A stretch of 32,000 bases of DNA from an uncultured Actinomycetota bacterium (GTDB taxonomy: Bacteria > Actinomycetota > Actinomycetes > Mycobacteriales > Cryptosporangiaceae): contig CAVUMX010000003.1 in assembly GCA_963742725.1 (NCBI GenBank), positions 225,087 through 257,086 of the forward strand, read 5' to 3'. Shown here piece after piece: positions 1 through 9,105 of this stretch. The position numbers and the translations under genes are program-made. The first letter of the stretch is position 1. Every line of letters starts with the position of its first letter. The notes beneath the pieces were generated by a model, which was not told the DNA's origin, made no database searches, and was given only the letters and a program-made list of their open reading frames with translations.

Positions 1-17
1 CTCGGCCAAGGTGGGCA

Positions 18-941
18 TCACGGTCGCCGTACCTCCTTCGGTAGCTGGAACACGACGGTCTCGGTGGTCACCGGCCGCTCCTCGACCTCCAGCGGGCCGA
101 GCGTGCGGAGCCGCTCCAGGATTGCCTCGACGACTGCCGGCGGCGCGGAGGCGCCCGCGGTCAGCGCCACCGTCGTGACGCCGTCCAACCAGGCCGGATC
201 GATGTCGTCCGGGCCGTCGACGAGAAACGCGTCGGTGCCGTCGCGGCGGGCCAGCTCCACGAGCCGCACCGAGTTCGACGAGTTCGCCGAGCCGACCACC
301 AGCGCGAGGTCGGCCTCGGTCACCACGGCGCGCAGTGCCTTCTGACGGTTGGTGGTGGCGTAGCAGATGTCGTCGGAGGACGGCGCCGCGACATCGGGGA
401 ACCGCTCGCGCAGGGCGGAAGCCACCTCGGCCGCCTCGTCCACGGCGAGTGTGGTCTGCATCACGTACGAGACCCGCCCGTCGGCCTGGAGACCTGCCAC
501 GTCGGCGGAGGTCTCGACGAGCCGTATCCGGCCGGGCGCCTGGCCCAAGGTGCCTTCGGACTCCTCGTGCCCGGCATGGCCGATCAGCACGACGGTGTCG
601 CCGCGGTTCACGTAGCGGCGCGCCTCCGCGTGCACCTTGGTCACCAGCGGGCACGTCGCGTCGATGACCTCTAGGTCCCGCGCGTGCGCCTCTGCCCGCA
701 CCGCCGGTGACACGCCGTGGGCCGAGAACACGACGGTCGAGCCGGGCGGCACCTCGTCCAGTTCCTCGACGAACACTGCGCCCCGCCGCTCCAGTTCGGC
801 GATCACGTGGACGTTGTGCACGATCTGCTTGCGCACGTAGACCGGAGCGCCGTGGATCTCGATCGCGCGCTCGACGATCTCGATGGCCCGCTCCACACCG
901 GCGCAGAACGAGCGAGGGCCGGCGAGAAGCACTCGGCGCAT
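18..941 (-). CDS. ispH: 4-hydroxy-3-methylbut-2-enyl diphosphate reductase (IspH/LytB), MEP pathway
   Basis: Translation from the ATG at 941 ([21 protein letters not shown]...) is collinear with IspH, including the three cluster-Cys contexts [16 protein letters not shown] and [10 protein letters not shown]. The ORF-track start at 1085 only adds an Arg-rich extension. The ATG at 941-939 overlaps the upstream gene's TGA (ATGA). Confidence 0.93.
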   Translation of the reverse strand: MRRVLLAGPRSFCAGVERAIEIVERAIEIHGAPVYVRKQIVHNVHVIAELERRGAVFVEELDEVPPGSTVVFSAHGVSPAVRAEAHARDLEVIDATCPLVTKVHAEARRYVNRGDTVVLIGHAGHEESEGTLGQAPGRIRLVETSADVAGLQADGRVSYVMQTTLAVDEAAEVASALRERFPDVAAPSSDDICYATTNRQKALRAVVTEADLALVVGSANSSNSVRLVELARRDGTDAFLVDGPDDIDPAWLDGVTTVALTAGASAPPAVVEAILERLRTLGPLEVEERPVTTETVVFQLPKEVRRP

Positions 942-1948
942 CAGTGGTCCCTCGCCGCGACGAAGCGGGCTGTCGCGAGCAGTTCGGCCTTCACCCCGGC
1001 CGGGATCGCGACCTCGTCGAGGCAGCGTTCCGCGCCGGCGAGCTGGCGTGCCAGCTCCTGTTCGCTCCACTGTCGCCCGCCGCACTCCTCGATGAGGGCG
1101 GCGACCGTCTCCAGCTGCTGCCGGTCGAGCGGGCCCGATTGGCAGTAGATCTCGGCGAGGCGCGCGGAGGCCGCTGTACGGGCGGACAGCGCCGCCACGA
1201 CCGGCGCCGACTTCTTGCGCGCCTGCAGATCGGCGAGCACCGGCTTGCCGAGTGCACCGGGGTCGCCCCAGATCCCGAGCATGTCGTCGGCGAGCTGGAA
1301 CGCCAGCCCCAGGTGGGTACCGAAGCCGGCCATCGCGCTGACCAGCGCAGGCGGGGCGCCGGCGACCAGTGCGCCGAGGGAGCAGGCCGCGCTGAGCAGC
1401 GCCGCGGTCTTGCCGGCCGCCATCGTCAGGTACTCCTCCACGGTCACGTCGGTCCGGCGTTCGAAGTCCAGGTCCGCTACCTGGCCGGCGATGAGCTGCT
1501 GGACGGTGGCCGCGAGCGCGCGGGCGGCGCGGGGCTCGTGCTCCACCAGCACGCCGAGCGCGGAGGTGAGCAGCACGTCACCGGCCAGGATCGCCGACGA
1601 CGTGCCGAAGACCGTCCACGCGGCCGGCCGGTGCCGGCGTTCGGTGTCGCCGTCCATGATGTCGTCGTGCAGCAGCGAGAAGTCGTGCACCAGCTCGACC
1701 GCGACGCCCGCCGGGATGCCACGCTCCGGTGCGGCGCCCGCGGCCTGCGCGGCCAGCAACGCCAGCGCCGGGCGTAGGGCCTTGCCCGCGCCCGTCGCGA
1801 CATGCTCGCCGTGCTCGTCGAGCCAGCCCTGGTGATAGCCGACCACGTTGCGAATTTCGGGGCTCAACACCGCGGCGGCCTGGCGCAGTGCGGGCAGCAC
1901 CGTCTCCCTGGCGGCGATCAGCGTCGGGAGTTCGAGGGTTTGGGTCAT
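941..1948 (-). CDS. polyprenyl diphosphate synthase (trans-isoprenyl diphosphate synthase family, GGPP-synthase-like); chain length not determinable by eye
   Basis: ATG at 1948 ([10 protein letters not shown]...). First Asp-rich motif [10 protein letters not shown] and second motif [13 protein letters not shown]. The stop at 941-943 overlaps the ispH start. The longer ORF-track N-terminus (to 2233) looks like non-coding read-through. Confidence 0.9.
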   Translation of the reverse strand: MTQTLELPTLIAARETVLPALRQAAAVLSPEIRNVVGYHQGWLDEHGEHVATGAGKALRPALALLAAQAAGAAPERGIPAGVAVELVHDFSLLHDDIMDGDTERRHRPAAWTVFGTSSAILAGDVLLTSALGVLVEHEPRAARALAATVQQLIAGQVADLDFERRTDVTVEEYLTMAAGKTAALLSAACSLGALVAGAPPALVSAMAGFGTHLGLAFQLADDMLGIWGDPGALGKPVLADLQARKKSAPVVAALSARTAASARLAEIYCQSGPLDRQQLETVAALIEECGGRQWSEQELARQLAGAERCLDEVAIPAGVKAELLATARFVAARDH

Positions 1949-2282
1949 TCGCTGCCAGCCTCTCTGACTGTCGCTGGGGTAGAGAGCGAAGTGGGTTGCT
2001 AGCAGCGTGCGGTGGCCGGGCGGCGCACCAAAATGCCGTTCCGTTGAGCGGTACGGAACCGAATCGATGCCCAGCCGGGTGCTAGGGCTCCGGCGCCCGC
2101 GCGCCTGCCGCTGCTCGGCCACCTGCTGCCGCTCAGCTGCCAACAGTTGGCGTTCTTCCGGTCGCTGCGCGCCTACGGCCCACCCTGACCTGGTGCCGCG
2201 GACCCTCGTCCCGGACGCGCGGAAGTTCGGCATGGGCGTCCAGATCGAGAAGGCGCGCCGACGATCGGAAACGGGCTCGTCT

Positions 2283-2870
2283 CTTCGTCGCGGCCGCCGA
2301 TGTCCTCACCGCGCGACCGCCGTTTCCTCGCCGGGCTCACCCGGCGGATGCTGCTGTCGAGCCCGATCCCGCGGAAGCCGCCGACGCGGTCCAATCGCGA
2401 GTCCGAGCCGCGCGGCGGCGTCTGAACGAAGCGCTCTGGCGGATCGTCACCGAGTACCGCGCCAACACCGCCGGCCGCGACGTCCTCCTGTCGATGCTGC
2501 GCGACGCGAGACGGGCGCGCGGATGTCTGACCAGCAGCTCTTCGACAAGCCGATGACCATGCTGCTCGCCGGGACCGAGACGTCGGCGAACGCGCTCTGC
2601 GGGAGGCGTCGCCACCACCCGTGACAGAGGTCCCTTGCCAGTGTCGATCTCTGCCCCGATCAGGGTGGAACCTGGATCGCCGGCACGGTGGCCGGCCGGG
2701 CCACCCTCTGGAATCCCCGGTACTTGCCGCCGCCACTCGGCTCCATGTGGTGGAGTCACATGCTGGGCCAGGTCGAGCCCGGTGCCGAGACGCGGGTCGT
2801 CTCCCGAGCCTTCATCCGAGAGAACGGTGCCTCCGGTGCTGTGGCGTGGCCCCGCTCCCTTGCGCGATGA
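2283..2870 (+). pseudogene. cytochrome P450 relic (frameshifted, internally deleted, heme Cys lost)
   Basis: One frame reads ...RLNEALWRIVTEYRANTAGRDVLLSMLRDAR. A shifted frame continues MSDQQLFDKPMTMLLAGTETSANAL, an I-helix AGxET motif, then hits a stop. Further frames give WIAGTVAGRATLWNPRYLPPPLGSMWW (like ...HRDPRYFPDP..FDPDRW) and RAFIRENGASGAVAWPRSLA (a degenerate FxxGxRxCxG region without Cys). No ExxR K-helix segment is visible. Confidence 0.5.
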
Positions 2871-3224
2871 CGGTCACCCGCCGCACGGTCCTGGCCGGCA
2901 GCGTCGCCGCGACCTGGTCGTCGGCGGCTGCTCGTCCTCGGACGAGCGGCCGCCGCAGACGGACGTACCGGCGCACCCGCCACGGAACCACGCCACCGTG
3001 GGCGCGTTGCGTCGCGGCCCACCGAGGCCCTGCGGACGCTGGCCGAAAGGGCCGAAGACGCCCCGCAGGGCACGCAGCTCACCGTCGGGCTGGGCGCGGC
3101 CCAGTTCCACCACGCCGGCTCACCGACCGGCGTCCTCTCAGCTGACGGCGATGCCACCGTTCCCGGGCGACGTGCTCGATCCGGCGCAGAGCCACCGTGA
3201 GGCTCTCAGGGGGTCACTCCATAC

Positions 3225-4049
3225 CTAGTCAACAAGCCCGGTAGGTACGTGCTCGGGGTCACGCGTCGGCTGCCGATTGATAACGCGCCGATACACGATT
3301 CCGGGGAGGTTCTCAGCCAGCCCCGGCAGGAGCCGCGGTATGAAGCGAAGCGGACCGATCACGCCGGGTGTCACAAGGAACCTGTTTCGTCGCAAGGACT
3401 TCTCAGTCGCGCGCACGACGTCGTCAGGCGACATTGGTTGGAAGAAGCCGGTTGCCATGGAGCGGCTGATTGGCATCTGCTCCAACAACGGAGTCCTCAC
3501 CGCGGGAGGATATACGCACGCGATCTTGACGCCACTGCCCCGGAACTCCTGACGGAGCGCCCGCGCGTACAACGAGACGGCGGCCTTTGTGGTCGGGTAG
3601 GCACCCTCATGATATGTCGGAAATATTCCGCCGGATGATGAGGACATCACGACGACGACGCCACGACCTCGCCTGGTTATCTGGGGGAGAACGGACCCCA
3701 CAGCCCATACGGTCCCCAGGTAGTTGACCATGGCCAACCTGTGCCAGACATCCGCTTCGGTGGTCGACATCAAACCGTCTCCGCCTACAGCCGCGCTGGT
3801 CACGACACCATCGCAGGGCAGACGCCTGACGACTTCGGCGAGTGATTTCGGATCAGCGACATCTGCTTCCACCGGTGTTACAAGCCGATACTGATCTGCG
3901 AGATCCGTCAAACCCGCGACATTGACGTCAACCGCGACAACGGGTATCCCCGCCGTGGCGATTCGCTCAGCGAAGGCTCGACCTATGCCGCTCGCGGCGC
4001 CGGTGACCAGGACTCGACTGGAACCATGCCAGGTGGGATCGGTATTCAC
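3225..4049 (-). CDS. short-chain dehydrogenase/reductase (SDR) family oxidoreductase
   Basis: 274-aa ORF with the Rossmann motif VLVTGAASGIGRAF and the catalytic YPTTK (YxxxK) preceded by a Ser-rich VVMSSSSG. Last gene of the lower-G+C operon. Confidence 0.9.
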   Translation of the reverse strand: MNTDPTWHGSSRVLVTGAASGIGRAFAERIATAGIPVVAVDVNVAGLTDLADQYRLVTPVEADVADPKSLAEVVRRLPCDGVVTSAAVGGDGLMSTTEADVWHRLAMVNYLGTVWAVGSVLPQITRRGRGVVVVMSSSSGGIFPTYHEGAYPTTKAAVSLYARALRQEFRGSGVKIACVYPPAVRTPLLEQMPISRSMATGFFQPMSPDDVVRATEKSLRRNRFLVTPGVIGPLRFIPRLLPGLAENLPGIVYRRVINRQPTRDPEHVPTGLVD

Positions 4050-4062
4050 GGACGTACCTCCA

Positions 4063-5577
4063 TCAGAGGAGTTCCCTCATCGGGGATTGGTTGCCACGTC
4101 GGCGGAGGTGCCGGCGAGGGGATGTCCAGAAGAACTGCGCGAGAGCTGCGAACACCGATGGCGTGGGAGACGCGCCAAAGAGGAGCTTGGCCGCCAGACT
4201 CGGTGTCCACCTCAAGCGGCTCCGGATAACGGTTTTCGTACGAGTGAACTCACGTAGGCCTTCCACGCCCTTCAAGCGCCCCTGCCCGCTCAACTTCGTT
4301 CCGCCGAACGCGACGCCGGGTATGCCCGCGCCAAATATCGCATCGTTAATGTCCACCGTACCTGCGGAAATACCCGCTGCCAGCCGCCTCGCCCGGGCAC
4401 TGTTCCGGCTAAACACGCTTGCGCCCAGCCCATAGGGGGTTTGATTGGCCAACGTGATGGCGTGCCGCTCGTCGTCTGTATGCACAACGGAGATCACCGG
4501 CCCGAAACTCTCCTCTTGAAACAGTTCTGTATGTGGCCGAACGTCCACTACGACAGTCGGTTCGAACCCGACAAGCCCGTTGTCGGTCGTCCGGTGACCT
4601 CCCGCGAGGATTCGGGCACCATCCGCCTGTGCCGCCGCGAGCCTGCGCTGCAGAACCTCTGCCTGCGAAGGTCGCATGAGCGGCGCTGCCCACGCCGAGT
4701 CGGCAGTCATGGCCTTGGCGGCGTCCACCAGCTCATCCACGAAACGGTCGTGGACCGTCCGGCAGACGATTACACGCTGGACTGCCATACACGTCTGGCC
4801 GCCATTCAGAAAGGCAGCGCCGGCAGCCGAACGAGCAGCGTCGCGTAGATTGGCGTCGCTCCAGACAACCATGGGGTCGTTCCCGCCGAGCTCCATCACC
4901 ACCGGAGTCATCGTTTGCGCGGCTTCCACCAGGACCTGCCGTCCTGTGGTCGTGCTGCCCGTGAACACGATCTTGTCCACGCCCGATCGCACCAGCGCCT
5001 GACCTGTCTCCCCATTCCCTGTTACAGGTTGAACGAGATCGAGGCCAGCGGAATTGACGACCTGCGCAAGCAACTGTCCCACTCGCGGAGTGTGTTCGGA
5101 CGACTTCAGCACAACGGTATTCCCCGCAGCGAGCGCGTTCGGGATCGATTGCATAGGTATCGCCACCGGATAGTTCCACGGCGCTATGACTCCGACGACG
5201 CCGAGCGGCTCGTAATGCCGTTCGGCCGCCTTGAGAACGAAAGGCCCTGTCGATACCGACTCCGAACGCAATTTTCGCGGAGCGACCTTCGCCGACCACG
5301 CCATACAGGTACATGCTGAAATGATTTCAAGCCACGCCGCAGCCAACGACTTGCCAGTCTCTGCAGCGTCCAGCTCGGCCAGTCGCCTGCCGTTGTCCGC
5401 GACTGCGTCGCGGACCAGAAGCAGATGACGCCGACGATCGCGCGTCGAATAGGCCGACCATTCCACTGCCACTTCACGAGCCTTCGCCACAGCGACGTCG
5501 ACAGCCGCGCCGTCCATCATGGTGCTACCCCCGTTGTCGCCCCGGGTTCCGACACAACTTTCGGCAGCTCTCTTCAT
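4063..5577 (-). CDS. NAD(P)-dependent aldehyde dehydrogenase family protein
   Basis: 504 aa with PWNYP, FTGSTTTGRQV, catalytic Glu in VMELGGNDP and catalytic Cys in NGGQTCMAVQR. The ATG at 5577-5575 overlaps the TGA of the upstream HAD gene (ATGA). Confidence 0.92.
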   Translation of the reverse strand: MKRAAESCVGTRGDNGGSTMMDGAAVDVAVAKAREVAVEWSAYSTRDRRRHLLLVRDAVADNGRRLAELDAAETGKSLAAAWLEIISACTCMAWSAKVAPRKLRSESVSTGPFVLKAAERHYEPLGVVGVIAPWNYPVAIPMQSIPNALAAGNTVVLKSSEHTPRVGQLLAQVVNSAGLDLVQPVTGNGETGQALVRSGVDKIVFTGSTTTGRQVLVEAAQTMTPVVMELGGNDPMVVWSDANLRDAARSAAGAAFLNGGQTCMAVQRVIVCRTVHDRFVDELVDAAKAMTADSAWAAPLMRPSQAEVLQRRLAAAQADGARILAGGHRTTDNGLVGFEPTVVVDVRPHTELFQEESFGPVISVVHTDDERHAITLANQTPYGLGASVFSRNSARARRLAAGISAGTVDINDAIFGAGIPGVAFGGTKLSGQGRLKGVEGLREFTRTKTVIRSRLRWTPSLAAKLLFGASPTPSVFAALAQFFWTSPRRHLRRRGNQSPMRELL

Positions 5578-6278
5578 GCGGACAGCTCCTTTGCGGCCTG
5601 CGGCGACCTTGAACGTCCTGGTGTCCCGGCGGCTCGAAGCAACTTAATGACCTCGTGCAGCGAGTGCACAGTCGATTCAGTACTCTCGCAGGTGCCTGCT
5701 CGATCAATAAGCACACCGTGCATACCAACGGCGCGGGCACCGCGCACGTTCAGAACCTCATCGTCGACGAACATGCACTCTTCGGGCCTCAACCCCAATT
5801 CGTCCGCGACGCGACGGTACGCGGCGGGAGCTGGCTTCTGAATGGGCAGCGCATTGACGATGGCGTCGAAAAACTCGGGTTCGAGGCCGGCTTGGAGCAA
5901 TGTTGATCGCACGTTTGTCAAAGGATGGTTCGTCAATAACGCAAGTTGGAATCCACGCTGCTTCAGGGCGAGCAGGCAGGGCGTGGTATCAGGATACTGA
6001 GTGAAGGCGGTGTCGTATTCTCCGGTTAGGCGCGCCAACTCTTCGACGTCCCTGTCCGTGCCACCGAATTTCGCGACGAGCGCCGTCCAGAAGGACCGAA
6101 TTATCAGGGTGTCGGTCGAAGGCGCAGCCGATGGATCGTGAGTCAACGACGACCAGACCTCGTAGAGGTGTGCAAGTTCCAGGTCAGGCAGGACCTGGCG
6201 GAACTTGGCGACCAGACCGGCCTCGTCATAGTGGAGCAATGTCTGATCGCGATCAAACACGACTGCGCGAATAGTCAC
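5574..6278 (-). CDS. HAD-superfamily hydrolase (subfamily IA-like phosphatase)
   Basis: A GTG at 6278 is preceded by AGGGGGAGCC. HAD motif I is VVFDRDQTLL (DxDxT), motif II LALLTN, motif III IQKPAPAAY and motif IV FVDDEVLNVRGARAVG. It overlaps the 3' end of the cyclase gene by 26 nt. The ORF-track start at 6443 lies inside the cyclase gene. Confidence 0.85.
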   Translation of the reverse strand: MTIRAVVFDRDQTLLHYDEAGLVAKFRQVLPDLELAHLYEVWSSLTHDPSAAPSTDTLIIRSFWTALVAKFGGTDRDVEELARLTGEYDTAFTQYPDTTPCLLALKQRGFQLALLTNHPLTNVRSTLLQAGLEPEFFDAIVNALPIQKPAPAAYRRVADELGLRPEECMFVDDEVLNVRGARAVGMHGVLIDRAGTCESTESTVHSLHEVIKLLRAAGTPGRSRSPQAAKELSA

Positions 6279-7764
6279 GGCTCCCCCTATAGTCCGTTCG
6301 CGGGGACGCTTCCCTCGATTGCGTATCGTAAAGAAGCTTGGCCGCCAGAACCGTGGACCGGACCACACGTTCAGGCGCGTACAGGGCCTTGCCGATCCAC
6401 AACTCGGCCAGTGGCGCACTGCTAAGGCGCTCCAATGCGGCACGGCCCGCGGAGATCGCTCTACGCTCAGCAGTGCCAGATCGGTTGGCGTGCATCAGAG
6501 CCAGGAGTGCATAGGCCGTCTCCTCCGCCGTGCTTGAGGAACATCCCCACGATCCGTCGGCCTTTTGGGTCGCGAGAATCCAGTCAAGCGCGGCTCCGCA
6601 CATTTCATCGGCCAGCCCTGACAGGGCCGCGACGGCGTGGCTTGTGGCGTAGTACGGCGAAACGTTCCACTTATCGGTCCAGTTTCCCAGCGGCAGCTGG
6701 GACCTCCGGAGCATGTCAATCGCCGTCTCCATGCGATCGGCGCGTTCGGCTCCACAAGCCCGCAGCGCATGGACTACATGGATGTTCGACGAGACCGAAG
6801 GGTTCCGCTCAAAGTCGTACGTGTTGTACCCATCCGCGCCAAGGAAGCTGTCGAGGACGCTGCTGTCAGCGGGCAGGCCACAGTAGGCACGCAATCGTAG
6901 TAGCACAGCCGTATCATCGCTGTCGGGCGGCATGCCTTCGGCCGACATCGCCAAGGCCCCATCAGTCGCATATTCTGATAGTGCCGCCACGGCGGGCCGG
7001 AGTTGATTCGGCGGTATGCCCGCGAGCGCAAGATTGTTGAGGACCCATGCTCGGTCGAATAGTTCGTAGCGGTAGATAGTCGGAAAGCCGGCATCGGGCG
7101 TCGCGGCCGATGCGTCGCGCAGGTAGTCGATCGTGGAGGGCGACTGAAGTCGACCGTACGCGTACGCCGATGCCGACGGAGAGCAACCGAGCGATCCATC
7201 ACTGCATTGCAGACCGGCCAGGTCGATGCCTTCTATTTGTGCGTCGTCCAGAGTTTCCAATGTGTGGACCAGGGTCGTATGTTCCCAGCCTTTGCGAGGT
7301 AGCATGCCAAGCTTCTCGGTTCTTATCGATCCGACCCACGACAGCGCGTCATACGGCAGATCAAGGCCGAGCCTGGTCGCGCGATTCAGGAGGGCGGGGA
7401 CAATCAGCTCGAAGGCGACGGTGGTTTCGGCGTCAGAGTCCTTGAGATTGGCGAGCGAGATGGACTGTGATCGAAGGTAGTTGCAGCCTTCTTCAACCTG
7501 GGAGGCGCCTTTGCCGAGTTCGGCCAGAACAACAGTGGATGCCAGCGTGCATACGAGGCGATCGTGTCGATCGAAAAACGACGCGCCCCACGATCCGTCA
7601 CGACGTTGATTTCGCAATAGCCATTGCAATGCGCCGAGGCCGACAGTCTTGCCCGCGGCTCCACCGGCGCAGGCAAGTGCGACGATGGCGGTGTCGTAGG
7701 CGGATGAGGTCAAGGAAAGGCGCGCAGGCTGGTCGATATACTCTTGGATGTTATGAGTATCCAT
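6253..7764 (-). CDS. class II (protonation-initiated) diterpene cyclase, copalyl/halimadienyl-diphosphate-synthase-like
   Basis: About 500 aa with the DxDD motif GMPPDSDDTAV (codons at 6913-6924) and QW-like repeats (LLRNQRRDGSWG, ILATQKADGSWG, LRRSQLPLGNW). The size matches bacterial class II diterpene cyclases. Start is the ATG at 7764; the ORF track uses a TTG at 7773. Confidence 0.88.
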   Translation of the reverse strand: MDTHNIQEYIDQPARLSLTSSAYDTAIVALACAGGAAGKTVGLGALQWLLRNQRRDGSWGASFFDRHDRLVCTLASTVVLAELGKGASQVEEGCNYLRSQSISLANLKDSDAETTVAFELIVPALLNRATRLGLDLPYDALSWVGSIRTEKLGMLPRKGWEHTTLVHTLETLDDAQIEGIDLAGLQCSDGSLGCSPSASAYAYGRLQSPSTIDYLRDASAATPDAGFPTIYRYELFDRAWVLNNLALAGIPPNQLRPAVAALSEYATDGALAMSAEGMPPDSDDTAVLLRLRAYCGLPADSSVLDSFLGADGYNTYDFERNPSVSSNIHVVHALRACGAERADRMETAIDMLRRSQLPLGNWTDKWNVSPYYATSHAVAALSGLADEMCGAALDWILATQKADGSWGCSSSTAEETAYALLALMHANRSGTAERRAISAGRAALERLSSAPLAELWIGKALYAPERVVRSTVLAAKLLYDTQSREASPRTDYRGSRDYSRSRV

Positions 7765-7797
7765 GATCAACAATCATCCCTTCGTCCCTAGCGGTCT

Positions 7798-9105
7798 CTA
7801 CGTGTCGTCGTCTGTGACCGTGGCCAGCACTGTCATCGGAAAGGCGATTGTCGGTCCCTGTGCCACACCGCGAACAGGCTCCTGGGGCATATGAACGTGA
7901 AACCCCGGCGCGCGAAATATCATGGCCAAGGCGATAGCGAGTTCGTAGCTTGCGAATGCGGCGCCGAGGCATCGGCGAGTGCCCACGCCGAAGGGCAGAT
8001 AGTCGGTCTGGCTGTGCCGCTGGCCGAGAAACCGCGATGGGTCGAACCTGTTCGGCTCCGGATAGCTGGCGGGCCTGCGGTGCGCGACGTGGATGCAGGG
8101 GACGACTTCCGTATCTCGGGTGATGACCTGCTCTGATGTGTGGATGTCCGCCCGCACACGTCGCGTGAGTCCAGTGGGAACGACGGAGCTAAGTCGCAGT
8201 ACTTCCTGACACACCGCAACCAGGTAGGGTTCGTTGGCCATGACGTTCGGCTCGACTCCGTCACCGAGCGCGCGCAGCGCGCCGGCGAGCGTGTCTCGAA
8301 CGTCGGAGTGTGTGGCGACGAAAAGGGCGCCCCATGCCAAGGTGGCGGCCGTCGTTTCGAAGCCCGCCACGAGCAGGCTGACGACGTGGCCACGGATCTG
8401 CTGGTCAGACAGGCTGGCATCGCCGAGATCGCGCTGCCGCAGGAGATGACTGACGAGGTCGATGCTGTCCGGGTCAGGTGACTCCGCGCGGCCGGCGACT
8501 TCCTGGGCGATGAAGTCATCGAGCAAATCGCACAGATTCTGGATACGGACCCGGTCCGCGTTCTTGGAATCCAAGGTGGACAGTAGTTCGGCGGCAAGAG
8601 CGGTGACCCGCTCGACGTGATCTACGGAAATATCTCCAAACAGCAGGCGTACCAACACACCCATGGTCACGTGGCGGGCGAGCTCAATCAACGGCACGGA
8701 GCCCGCGGTCTTAGCTCCATCCAGGGCGACTTCAGTCTGGTCGGCGATAAGCGTGCCCAGTTGCCGCATCCGATTGCCCATCAGCGGCCAGCCCAGCAGT
8801 TTTCTGGCCCGTAGGTGATCCTCGCCGTTGAGAAAGACAATCGAATGCTCGCCGACAATCGTTTGAAACGCAGTCGATCCGGTCGAGTCGAGGTTGTGTC
8901 CGTTGGCGACAAGTACCTCGCGAATCGCCTCAGGCGATCCGAGGAAGACCCGCTTCGGTACGCCACCGTGGCTGACTGTGAAGTCCGCACCGAACGTGGC
9001 GTGGTATCGGTTGAATGCCGCAATCGGGTCGGTTTCGACATCCTGTGCCTGTTTGGCTGTCAGATCCGGGCCGGGGGGAAGCTGGGGACGTCCGGCCGCG
9101 CTCAT
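7798..9105 (-). CDS. cytochrome P450 monooxygenase
   Basis: I-helix LLVAGFETTAATLAW, ExxR (EVLR) and heme loop FGVGTRRCLGAAFA. The ATG at 9105-9103 forms an ATGA overlap with the upstream synthase stop (9102-9104). The ORF track offers an alternative ATG at 9123. Confidence 0.93.
   Translation of the reverse strand: MSAAGRPQLPPGPDLTAKQAQDVETDPIAAFNRYHATFGADFTVSHGGVPKRVFLGSPEAIREVLVANGHNLDSTGSTAFQTIVGEHSIVFLNGEDHLRARKLLGWPLMGNRMRQLGTLIADQTEVALDGAKTAGSVPLIELARHVTMGVLVRLLFGDISVDHVERVTALAAELLSTLDSKNADRVRIQNLCDLLDDFIAQEVAGRAESPDPDSIDLVSHLLRQRDLGDASLSDQQIRGHVVSLLVAGFETTAATLAWGALFVATHSDVRDTLAGALRALGDGVEPNVMANEPYLVAVCQEVLRLSSVVPTGLTRRVRADIHTSEQVITRDTEVVPCIHVAHRRPASYPEPNRFDPSRFLGQRHSQTDYLPFGVGTRRCLGAAFASYELAIALAMIFRAPGFHVHMPQEPVRGVAQGPTIAFPMTVLATVTDDDT

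Noticed and set aside
2868-3145. A Tat-signal-like ORF start, MTVTRRTVLAGSVAA...
   Set aside because: After about 20 residues the frame degenerates into Arg-rich low-complexity sequence. No domain is recognisable in any frame of 2870-3224. It is probably non-coding or a relic.
3188-3208. A short inverted repeat (AGAGCC-N7-GGCTCT) just downstream of the SDR stop, as a possible terminator.
   Set aside because: It has only a 6-bp stem and no U-tract. It is too weak to call from sequence alone.
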